Assembly (NCBI GenBank): GCA_002633005.1 | Contig: NMRA01000504.1 | Coordinates: 149,571 to 213,517, forward strand | Source: Phoronis australis | Taxonomy: Eukaryota; Animalia; Phoronida | Direction of reading: 5' to 3' | DNA: 63,947 nucleotides | In this document: positions 11,057-23,287 of the stretch, in pieces | How positions within the stretch are numbered: the stretch's first letter is position 1 | Layout: each line of letters begins with the position of its first letter | Position numbers and translations under genes: made by a program | Notes under the pieces: generated by a model | Seen by the model: the letters and a program-made list of their open reading frames with translations, nothing else | What the model was told of the DNA's origin: nothing | Database searches by the model: none

Positions 11057-14000
11057 TTTTCACATGAAGTGCCTACAAAAGAGAACAAGCATCGCTGAGA
11101 ATGTTTTCTCAATACCTTCCTTAAATATTTAAATCAGTGTAGTTTGGTAGCAGCCCTTCGTCAACACAAACTTTGTTGAAAATACGACTAAACTTCTTGT
11201 TTAGTCATGTTTACAACGAAGTTGGTGCAAACATTTAAAGAGGATGCCCACCATCAAAATGACCACTTTCGCTAAAACGCTTCATTCTTGAAACGGAAAA
11301 ATATACTTGAAATGTTGCCATAACTTCTGAAACAAGATTTGATTTAAATTAATGTTTTAGAAATGCTTCGTCTGTACTTAACGCTTTTAAAACATATTTC
11401 ATAGTGTTCAAAATGTTGCTGAAAAAGTAGACCTAAACTAAACATTAAGAAATTTAGTAGGAAGCATTCGTACTTTCATACACTTGTGACAAATATTCTT
11501 TTTCTCCCCAAGCTCAACATTCTTATTACATTCACATTCTATACATGGAAGTAATCTGTATTGCCTTGTTTTTAAATTCTTTATGAAAGGGAACTGATAC
11601 CAACAGTTGGAAGTTAATTGAAAACACAGCTGTGTCTTCCATAAAAAGTACAAGTACTAGTGATGTGCACAAGCCGTTGCCTTGGTTCAGTTCTTATCTG
11701 CATGACACACCGACTTATGTCTGAGCTGATTGATCAAACTTTACCTGAGATAAGATAGTGTTGAATCAGATCCGTTTAACAATATCTTGTGCGATTTGAT
11801 GTACTTTTCTTAAGGTCCATACTAACTGCGCTTTGAGCGAAGTTAATTGAATTGTTCATAACAACTTTTGTAGTTGACGGCATTGACGTAACCAGTAGGT
11901 GATGCTGTTGTCATCGAAGTAATCGCAAAGACGTGCTGAGGCATCTCGTGTATTCTAAGATTTTTTTAATGTGACAGTTTGCAAACATTTATGTGTGCCA
12001 CTTGACATAAAACTTATTTCTAATTTCATAGGTGATTATTCAAGCAAAATATAAGCAACTATTAGCGATGATAACAGTGGCACCTGGCGATAACTTCGAT
12101 GGGCCCGAAGTTAACTATGCATACTGCACCGCAGCATAGACGATCCGCTTTTAAATCCACCTATTTACTGCAAAGTTAACTGGCATTGCCATACTGCCTG
12201 CAATGCCCCAACGCATCAACGTTAGTATGAAAGGGCATATAAACTGATGGCAACTTTTCTCAATATCACAAAGTCAATGAACAAGGAGTTAAATTAAATG
12301 ACTGGAACTTTGAAGTGGCTTTGTTTCTGAGACAAGATAACACCAGGCTGTCAATAAATTCTCGTAGTGAGAAATCTCCCCAACATGAGAAATGTCCCCG
12401 ACAGATGATTTTAATTTAATTTAATTCATTGAAATAATCCAAAAAAACAAACTGATGGACATTTATTGATGGACATTTATGAACGTGCACAACGTATGTA
12501 GCAGAATGCCTGTGTGAAAAGGGATCCTTTAGGAAACACAATAAGTGTGAATGACAAGCGAACGAGGACAGCAAAACAACCTAGACTTAAACGCAGCAGT
12601 CATAGTACATACAGACAAACCAGATTCAACGTTCTAACAGTATAATATTCAATGGGAACAAAATAAAAACACTACCTAATATCAAACTGGTTACCACAAC
12701 TAAATGTTTTGTATCAATAGCAGTTATTAGCAACTACACATTAATATTTTAAAATTATACTTGTGTCTATGTAAATGTATACCCACATTTTAACAGCTCA
12801 GTTACCACTCGCAACTAGCATTTTCATTTTTCATGAAAATTCTAAGATACAGTTTTCTTTATTCATGAGTTTCAAGAATACCAACTACTCCAAAAAAGTA
12901 ACTTTCCCTTCAATTATTTCTTCGTGCAATTTCCACGTTAATGAAGAAAAAAATACAAAAAAGCTAACTCAAAACAAAGAACGAGCCTCCATTTTTGTTG
13001 CAAATTTACATCATTTGCCATGATTAAAAGGTCTGAGAAATGGAAGATCTGCAGTTAACGTTAGTTGTAGAATGGAGTCACTCTGTGCAGATTGGGAAAC
13101 ATGCCACTACTGCTACAGATGCTAGCACCAATAATGCGGACACTGCGTTTGTTGTGTCATTCTCGACTGTGACAGCGATTCTCTGGCAAACTTATAGGTT
13201 GTCTTTAACAAATCTGTTTTTGACAGCTTGGTGGTCGCATTCGGCAGAAGCTGTTTGGTTGCAAAGCACCTATGTGTAAACGTTTCAACCTTGTTACCTT
13301 GCAATTGCTCTGGAGTGGCCATATCTTGATATGTCTCTTACTGATACAGCTTTTTTTACAAACGAGATTCTTCACAGTTCTCGAAGATGCCAAGACGAAG
13401 TTGCCTACCTGTTGTGTTGTGCCTGCCATTTTCAAATTGACCAATTGCTTCAAGACATTGATTTTATGACAATTGTGACATAATTTCCCAATACTAATGA
13501 ATGAATATCCCTCTGCACTAATTAACAGCTGTCAACTGACTGTTCAAAGCTCACATCAGTTCAAATTGACTAAGAACTATGAATTGGAACCTTATGGTAC
13601 CATACTAGAAGACATAGGATATTCACTAATAGAAACTTAGTGTGATCCTAAAATTGAGGCCACCCTGTAAATTACCAAGCTGTAAACTTTGATTCCCACT
13701 GAATTACTCGACTGATTACAAGAATTCGAAATTTCGCAACTTTTGATTCGGACGTGTCCGATATTTTAGCTATTTAATTTTCACAGAACAACTTACAAGT
13801 GAAACAGCAAAACGTTGGAAATTATAGATTTTAGTTAGTATAATTCAGTATACGGTGACAAGACATTGTTTCTTATGGTAAAAAGGTAGTTACCTTTTTA
13901 GTAGACTTAACAATAACCTTTGTGCAGTCGAGTCCTCACAAATTGCATGTTTATATTAACCCCACGAAATGTTTTCAATTTCCATGAGTTTGCATGCGTG

Positions 14001-14686
14001 GAAGTCACACTAGACTTTTGCAGGTCTATGCTCTGTCGTGGCCTACTTATGCCAGTCTGCAGGTACACAGGTACGCTCCAGAACCTGGTATTGTCTGCAT
14101 GACTCATCAGTGATTTGCAATGATAAGAAATGCAGGCTTGTCTATCACTGTCACTGACCTGAGACACTATCTTGTAGATGGCTAGGTCTGATATATCACA
14201 TCTTGGCATGATCAAGAACACCAGACTACTAATCAGTGAAATAATAAACATAACACTTGATCTTCATTGCAATATAGGCAACTATGTATGTGATTATTGA
14301 AAAAGATGATACCACACCAAACCCAGCCTAAAATTAAGATAGGATAAAACTTGACACATTCACCTATCATTTGAAAGCAAACTTCTGTTTCTTTTTTAAA
14401 AACTACGCTTGGAGTAGGGAAATAATTTTTTGATCGAAGTGTCACTCACGTTTACAAATTTTGAAGACTTAAATCGTAAAATTTTTCAAACTTTTTCCAA
14501 AATTTTGAGAGTAAGTGAAGGTTACGGCGCATTATATTTCTATAAATAAAAGAGTAAGAACTGAAAACATGTGAGTTTATGTAATCAAAGAAATTCCTGA
14601 GGACATATGAAAATCATCAGCCAGGCAGACCAAACTCGTAAATACCACGCTGATTTCGCCAGAAATCAATAGGGTTCCATATCCTG

Positions 14687-14828
14687 CATGGGCAGCACAC
14701 CATAGGGGGCTGGGGTCTATAGCCCCTAACTTTTTTCAGTGCTCCCGCGCCCATGGTCTATGGGTGGTGCACCACAGGGGGGCTGGGGGGCTATAACCCC
14801 CACTTTTTTCAGTGTTGCACCACCCATG
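14687..14828. mobile_element. GC-rich dimeric MITE, family A (CATGGGC...CCCATG)
   Basis: Two ~70-bp monomers; flanks TCCTG and TCATG (4/5 match as a TSD). Related copies at 47101, 48036, 63712 and 63914. Confidence 0.7.
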
Positions 14829-17800
14829 TCATGAAAGTTAAGATCAGTCAGCGATTTACTTTTTAGTTATTCCACGGAAAAGACCTCCCCATCCAAACAT
14901 CGATCCGGAGAAATTCAAGCGAGACCACTAAACCAAGCTGCCCTTTATGACAATATATGTTTTGACTAACTTGATACAATGTGCAGAAACACTACAGCTA
15001 TCAAAACTGACCTCTTACCACCACTCCCATGTATGTAATTCTTACACATGTCCATCAACTGCTCAAGTGATCAAGTTATGGTAGGCCTGTTAGGCCAAGG
15101 CTGATGTAGCTACTAAAGTGATCTGTTTACAAACATTTCCCAAACTACCATTTCCCAAACTACTAAAAGGGTATTGCCACAGAAATACTTAAGAACTATT
15201 AAGGGGCTGAAACTCAACAGGTGGCCACCACTGAGTGCTAGTGGCTTGCAAAAATGGATGAAAAAATTATACAGTGCCCTATGCAGAAAGCAGAATTCTC
15301 CTTTCCTTGGAAGATCCCTTGAAGTATCCCAGCTAGAAACCAAGATATTGTGAAAATGACACATGAGCCTCGCGCTACTTCAGCATTATGTACACAGGGG
15401 TAATTTTGAAGTAAAATGGACATCACATTTCTTGTATTGTTAAATTGCCACTTCATGTTTTCCTGCTATTTTAATTGACATTAGTATAACCTGGTGTTTA
15501 ATGATGTCATTAGCATGCAATTGCCATTTTATTCAGCTACCCACATTTTCGATCTTAAAATTACAGCTAAATCATTGTTGCTTGGGAAGACTACCTCAAA
15601 GACTTCAGCATGCACATTTAAAACAAATACTAAACCACGTTTTGGTAGATTGCACCCAAAACTGCTTCCAACATCTAGGATACTGCACTGTATATTTGCT
15701 TGGACAACTGAAAGCCCTGTTCAGTTATATAAGTCTGGCCTCAATGTTACAAGATGGACTGGGTGCTTCAAAGATTCCCAGCCTTTCCACACAATTGTAT
15801 ATAAACTCACCCGAAACGTTAATCACGCCTTCCGACTTACTTGATTTTGTGAAGAAATGTTGAGCTTCACTCAAACTTTTGACGATTGGAAAACGCCTAT
15901 GTAGCTTTAGCATTACTTCGTTTCAAAGATTTGATTATTAAGTTGGCAGATCTGCAGTCAAAATCTAAGTTTACATACTTATCCTCTTTACTAAGATCAA
16001 TTCCAATGTAACCGGTAATTGTGATCATCAGCTGGTTTTCACACCTGAAAAACGGCCTATTTTCACATTTTCTGTCTTTGAAAGTATCAAAATGGTCTAC
16101 AATGATGGCTAATGTCACCACAATCTTTGTTACGGCAAACTATACGAGACCCAACGTCAAAACAAATTTATACAGCTTTGTACCAAACCACACCACTTGG
16201 ACTTTTCAAACATGGCTCAAAACTTTAAACAAAACACAGAACTTTTCAAACAGGGCACTATAGCACCATGTTTGACTTCTTGCAGTGAGAACACAAAATG
16301 TCTCTGCCTCCAACGCTGCACATCAAATCCTTAGTCAAGCAGCTGAGCACTATTGGCTATCAACCTTTCAACTAATTGCAAAAACACCTTGTCAGCACAG
16401 CTCCAAGTAATGGCAAACAAATGCCAGAAAAGAAACAACAACTGTCAACACATGTTACAGATGTCCTCCCTTTAAACATGGCTAATGAACTAGAATGGAC
16501 TAGAGTCCAGTTGAGAGCAAAAAGCAAGCAGCTACTTACAAAAGCATTAGTTGGCCTTTTACTTCTTGAGAAAACTGTTGAAATAATTCTATTTGTGGAA
16601 CAGGCAGTCCCAGAGAGTCCAGAACCAGTTTATTCCACAATCATGAACACCGTTATGTAATATTTTCAGACTCTCTTGGTGACTCTTCACAAGCTACCAG
16701 CCTAGACATGTGACAATCGTGTAACAATGGTCTGTGAATAGTCCTAACTGTAAAAATTCATCATTTGATTTGGAACTTTTGATTATCTTTTCAAACAATT
16801 TAGCGGTGTCTTCGAAAAAGCTAAGTAACTTTGACAAGATTTTGTCAACATTTTGGAAAAGTCTGGAAACCGTACATCACTAAACAATAGCAATCTGCAG
16901 TTCAATTTAACCATTTTCTGAAACACTACAGCAGTATCAGCGCCCTCATGAATGCGCATCCATGGGGGACCTGCCATGCAAATCGCTACTTTAATTTTAA
17001 AAATTAGTTTGCCATTTGCCATTTCCATGGTAAGTTTTACTATGTTGCAAGTGAGGGTCGAATAATGGCCGGCATTCCCCTGTGAAAAATATTTTAAAAC
17101 CTCCCTCATCAGGCACAGAAATTCCTCTATAATTACTAAAAATTCCTATCGAGGATAGACCCACTTCTTCGAAATGTTAGTTAGATGAGGAATGGCGGCA
17201 AAGGGGGTGAGATTTACGGTGACTGGGGTTGGGGGGAGTTCCCTCAACCAAAAAATTCCCTTCTCATAAGGTACCAGCATCTATCCCCAAAGGCAAAAAG
17301 GTAAATGCGCGACAAAAAGTTCTTCACTTGTCCAAAACGGCTCAGAAGTAAGTTGTAGGCAAAGCATTTCGAAACCTAGGTCAATCATATATACAAAATG
17401 TTTTCTACCTTCGTAAATGAAATGCGATGATTTTGGGATATGGCAATTATGTTAGTGGTTCATTTCAATATCAAAATACCTTTCCAATGCAAAACACTGT
17501 TTGATAATCTCAAAATAAAGTTTCAGATTCAATAGCTAAAACAAAACATTTTAGACTTTTTGGAAAGAAAGCAAAAGATACAAATCGAGCAGAAATTTTT
17601 ACCAAATATTGACTTAAAAATAGCAAGTTCAGTCAGAACAGCAAAACAATTCCCTTTTTATATATTGTATTCCCACCATGCACCATCCTTTGAATACAAC
17701 TCATAGAAGTTGATTAACGCAGCCATCATCGCCACAATACGTTATGTAAACAAGGAAACATGCCCAATTGTGAGTTATTGCCTAAAATTATCAGGAAAAT

Positions 17801-18699
17801 TATTTGAGCAATTTTAAACAATCACCTGTCCCTGTCAATCAAAAACATTGTAGGAAAAGCCATCTAACACTGCGCTATCATCATGACTCATGCTAAGAAT
17901 GTTAATTAATGATCATTAAAACATATGTTGCTAAATACATTTGGGCTTTGTGCAACTAATACTCAATGTGACCAGCAACACTGAGCACTAAAACATAGCA
18001 GACAGAGTGAACTTGGGTATAATTTCCAATTGTTTATAAATAACCTAAAGGTGTCGACAGCAACAACCATTATATGTCACACGAAATATTTATGAGCTCT
18101 ATCTCCAACCTGGGAATAGAACAAGGTTCCAGCAAATTAGGAATGAGGGAAACTACAATACGAATCGCCTACTCATCAGGTAAAAGCTCAAGCTGCTGTA
18201 TAGGTCCAGTGGTTGCCCTTTTAATAAATGAAACAACACAACAAATGTAGACACTGTACATAGCTCAACTTCCTCAAGGGCATTTAACAAAAAGATACAG
18301 GCTAAGATGTTCAGTTAGATCAACACAGCTGCTTACATTGAGATTAGTTAAATCCCGTTAGGTTTCCAACTGAAAATTTGTCTTTCGTTTACAACTTTAA
18401 ATAAGATCGTAATGTAAACTCCAATGTCAAATTAGCAGGGTGTTTCGCAATGTCACGCCTTGTGCTCACAGACATACTTTGCCAGGAAATGCGGGATTTC
18501 AAACTAGGTCAAGTCTGCACAGCCGCTACCGGCGGACAGGTGTTGCACACGTAGATATGAGAGAGACACGAGTGAACAACATTACGGTCTCCTAACAAAG
18601 CCTGAAATCGTTGCACCACTTTCTCACATCCCAAATTATGCCAACGGACAGCAAAGCAGTGCAAGAAAACTCATCACACCTGAAATTCCGTAGACGGAT

Positions 18700-18985
18700 T
18701 GGCAACCGCCATTTTGAAGTTGCCGAAAACTTCCATTGAAATGCAAGATATTTTCTACAAAATTCGAACACTTCTTACAACACATGAAAAATGATGATAT
18801 AGACTCACGTGCAATTTGCCGTCTTGAACTGGCAAAGTTCTAAGTCTATGCTTACCTTGTAAATTTAACCAAAATTGAATACACCTTTGCCGACTAACGA
18901 AAGCGGAAGAGTGAGGACGCTGTTGTCAAACTGACACGCGATTGGCCAAAATATTAGTCACCTAGTGCGCTCCTAGTGGTTAGTC
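18700..18985 (-). promoter_or_regulatory. Candidate promoter and first non-coding exon of the MPP-like gene
   Basis: Minus-strand cluster of CCACTAGGAGCGC (CTCF-like), CCAAT (~18941), CTTCCG (ETS-like), a GTAAGC donor at ~18855 and CAAAATGGCGG (YY1, ~18706-18716). No transcript evidence. Confidence 0.4.
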
Positions 18986-20229
18986 TCAAAACTATTGCTA
19001 TTCCGTCACCACTTCTGCCGAATCCGTGTTACGTGAAGTGTCCGATGTAATTTGCCCAAAAGGTTTACATGCGTGTCTAACTTTTTGGAAAGGATGACGG
19101 AGGACAAACAGACGTTTTTTATTTGCAAGACAAATCAAGAAACGCGCACGTTGATCACCACCTTGATGATCAGTCTACCACCTGGGCATTAACTAACTAG
19201 TGAAAGCAGTCTTTGTAAACGTCAGCAGTACATTTCATTAGAATCCAAAATTGCTGAAGTTGTTATAGTTGCTTACTTTAAGGAAAAAAAAGAAAACCCA
19301 TTCGATACGAGAAAAAATGATGCGGAATTTCTTTTGCTGTTGTTTTTTTTTTTTTTTTTTTTTACTCATTCGCTGGCAAATATGGGGTGGAACTTGCACG
19401 CTTATTCCTTATCTCTGTCATTGCTTGGTCAGAAATTCAACATATAGCGACGACGTGAACATGATTGATGTACGTTGAAAATTGACAAATGTTTTGAACA
19501 ACGAGTTTTGTTTCGAAAATGGTCCGGCGTAAATCACTCAACCGCGTCCACTTGTGACGTGGTGTTGGAGAATAACACTGCATGATGCGGGCTATGTGAG
19601 CCCCCACGGTATGTCAATGAGTGCAAAGGCCACCTATTTGCAGATTTTTTTGTTTTCGCTTTTACAAGTTGTCAATGAATACAACTGTACTTCGTTTACG
19701 GTAGATGATGTTCAAGTTCTTTAGTTCCTGCTGTATATCGTAGCATAGTTTGGAGAATGCAAATACATCTTTAAACATGATTGCTCGCATTTGTTTACGT
19801 GCCTTTATGTAGTACTTAAAATCATGGGGCAGGCGGGCGTTCTTTTTTAGTCGGTGAGTCCCGGTCTCAAAAAGCGTGGTACAGACCAGAATGAACTATA
19901 ATTGTTGACGTGGTTTAATATCAGGTAATGTCACGGGTATATTGAGTAAAGGTTAACAAATCTCATCAAAATGTGTTTGTCATTCTTTGTTCATGATGTC
20001 TTTAAATGAGTTCTTTGGGGGTAATAAAAACGTGATAGAAAGCATCATTATTAACGAAACTTTGAAAGGCGTGAATTCACTTCTACATGTGACTCAGTGC
20101 TCTTGGGAACACCCCTAAAACTACGAATGATATCAGTCGTCTTTTCAACTACTATGAGGCTTGGAGAATGAGAGCAAATTTATGAAACAAAATTCATTGG
20201 AGGGCCGCTCGGGTATCATGAAAATTAAT

Positions 20230-20630
20230 GTTTTGAAAACGATTTCATTGAACTGGTTTTTTATGAGGTATCTCGGGTGTTAATTAATCTAAGTTAGCAA
20301 GGACAAAGGCTACCTGAAACGCTGGCACACCTGATGATACCAAATTGGCAACTTTTATTTTTAAACTATTTAAAAATACCGATGCTTACTTCTGTCTCTG
20401 TCACTTGCCTTATTTGACAAAATAACATATCCGAGTCTAAGCTACGCTGCTGAGATGTGGCAATTTGATAAGTTCGAGTGCATTGAAAATGTCCAGAATT
20501 TTTTGGTAAAATGACCATGGGTGTAGGAACTTCCTATTCCTGTGGCCGCTGTTTATCAAATATCATGTTGAAATGTACTAAATATCGGTTCAACAGCATG
20601 ACGGTATTCGCGCTGAATTCTACGTATGCC
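20230..20630 (+). mobile_element. Degraded non-LTR retrotransposon fragment (RTE-X-like, post-RT region)
   Basis: Broken frame RYLG...LFDKITYPSLSYAAEMWQFDKFECIENVQNF..KMTMGVGTS matches the LFDxxxxPxLxYxxExW...IExVxxxFxKxxLGV pattern. Confidence 0.6.
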
Positions 20631-20782
20631 GCGGGTACCATCAAACACACGCACTAGACCACGTGCGAAACGTTTATTATGTAGCAAAAAATGATAGTGG
20701 ATAACAGCACCGATACAAATGAAGGCAAGGAAGTCTTAATCGCAGGACCCATTAGGCACTTCCCCTGAGCCCCACGACAAGG

Positions 20783-20849
20783 AGGACCCCACGACCACGG
20801 GGACCCCACACGGCAACCACGGGTACCCCACGACCACGGGGACCCCACG
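20783..20849. repeat. Short GC-rich tandem repeat (GGACCCCACGACCACGG-like, about 4 units)
   Basis: Directly visible imperfect 17-21 bp repeats. Confidence 0.7.
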
Positions 20850-23215
20850 TTCGATACGACTTGCGGTCATAGACGCAAACTTACACACTGACTGTCGGGT
20901 TTACCATTGAGCAAACTATACGCTGCAATTAGGAGATCGTCCGCAAAAACCGGATTAGGGTGCTTCTCTGTTGTCCCAAGATCTCACACATTTGTTTCAA
21001 AAACCACAAAACTTGTGGCTTTATTTTTACTTTTAGGGTTGCGTCGATAGCCTGTTTTCGAGAGCTCAACTCTCCATTTCAATTTTGTATCGCTAAATGT
21101 GCGTTTTTACATCTCTTTTCGACAGTGAATTTTCCGTTCCTATGTGAGACGCTTCAGTTTAATGTGAATTGAGTAAGTTAACCATATTTTTGAAATGACG
21201 CTTCCAACAACTTTTTGAGTTTTATTGGTTTGATAGCTTTGGAAGAACTACAGTTTCGTGGGAATGTGAATGAAAACCAACCCGATGATCTAGGCTGAAA
21301 GCTTTCAGTCAAAAGGCTTCACCTACTAAATTGACGTTAGTTGCAAACACTGAACTTTCTTGTAGTAGACAGCAAAAAGTTCAACTTAGAAATGTTTTCC
21401 TTGTTCTGGACTCTGCTATAAATCTCCTAATTGACCAAACCAGCAATAGTCTCCTCATTGATCATAAATTTGTTTTCTGAAGAGCTGGATAAGAAGTGCG
21501 AAAAACTTGCTAGTGCAGGCCTGTTTCACCGTGAATGCCAGCGTCTCGAGTATTTCATGTCGCATAGTCCTTTTTTGAATTGTAGCCTACAAAAAATATA
21601 TTACCAGCCGTGTTCGAAAGCTAACTTGATTTAAAATAGTGGAAAAGTAAATTGCGTATTCACAAAAAATTGGAAGCATAACTTAGGATGAAAAACTAAA
21701 AGTAAAACTTGATTTTTTAATTTTTCATTTTATCCATATTAGCGTAATACAGCTGCAGCATCTATGTGCCTGGCTCTCTAAAGCGGAATATGTACTAAAA
21801 CGCCGTATTCACTGCACTCGAAAGGACGTAGCTACCATACGCGCAAATACGCACATGCATAGCAAACTGCGCAAAAATGCAAAAATATAGAATATCAGCT
21901 TCGCTACGAAACAACTTCTTTCTTAGTGGAGATTAGAGGTGATTTCTGTAAGCATTAACTATCTGTCAGGTCTTCCCTAAAACCAGAAACCATTTGCATT
22001 CTTACTAAGGAACAAACTGAAACTAGTTTAATAGCGACAAGAAGTCTAAGTTATAAGCTCGATTCTTTGGTGGAAGGTGATTCTATAACCGCCATAGAAG
22101 TCTGGCATGGCCTGCGGTAAAGCGATATACCAGTACATGCACATTTACATGAATACGTTCCGGCGAGAATAACAAATGCTCGTGACGGTACGTTTCCATG
22201 CAGCACCCACCTACGAGGATAACATCGCGCCTAACATTGAATTCCCTTGTTATCATGTATTACCTTTTTCGAACGGATAACACCTGATAACAAACTGTTT
22301 GCCGGGGAAAGATGAATAACGAATTACAAAATAGTAGCCGTGGTATCTCCAGTAAAAAAGAAGTAGACGCAGACCCCGCTGTAATGTGCACGGAAAGTAA
22401 TATCGTACCATGCGCGCGCACCCAGGGGGGTGAAGTGGACAAAAAGGTCAGCCCCCGAGAGACCAAAAGTCCGAGTAAATGCGCAACTCACGTGGTGCTT
22501 CCGTTTTTTTTTGTTTTGTTTTTTTTTATTCCGCCCGCCCTTTTGTTAGCAAAAGGTCCACAACGCCGGGAATTCGAAGCCCTCCCAAATTGAAGGCTGG
22601 CTGCGGCGCATGCGTACGGAAGTAATAGCGTACGGAGTTTCAACTACGGGAACGTGATTTTTTTATTTTCCGCAGACATGAGTCACAGCCACGCATCACA
22701 AATTATTTCACTTTCCATGTGGTTAATAAAGCTGTTGCCGCCGAAGCTTTGAACACCAAGCAAATGGGCGAATATGTTTTGACTTCGAGATTATAAATTC
22801 TGTAATGTGGGTGTTTTTCTATTACAATCTCTTACGTTCTGATTTGGTAAATTTGACTGAAGACATCTGACGTTAGTCTAAGAAAATCACATCAAGACAT
22901 GTATAGTTTTTAATATGTTATACTTTAGGACAGTATGAATCGTAAAATAAAAAGAGTACAAGGGTAGGAACAAATAGTCGCCTGCTCAGTATATCTGATT
23001 GGAGTATAACGACACCTAATGGCTGCAGAAGGAAACGTTAGAGGAGCAAAACTCAGATTTACTGCAGTGTCCGCCCAAATTTATTACCCTCATCGCAACA
23101 CAAAATGCAGTTTACGAAGTCACAAATTCCTATTGTTTTATCGCATCCAAATGATGATTATTTTTACCTACTGTTGTTGCATAGGTGTTGTAAAAGCAAT
23201 GGTAATGAAATAAGT

Positions 23216-23287
23216 GAACAAAATCAACAACAGAAACAACAACAACAATAACAACAACAACAACAACAAAAACAACGACAACAACAG
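23216..23287. repeat. (AAC)n microsatellite, imperfect
   Basis: aacaacaac runs; explains the poly-Val pseudo-ORF at 23130-23369. Confidence 0.9.

Noticed and set aside
11744-14251. Short minus-strand ORFs and exon-like segments upstream of the MPP start (11744-11954, 13122-13453, 13907-14251)
   Set aside because: They hit in-frame stops before any usable donor and show no recognisable domain. UTR exons are not excluded.
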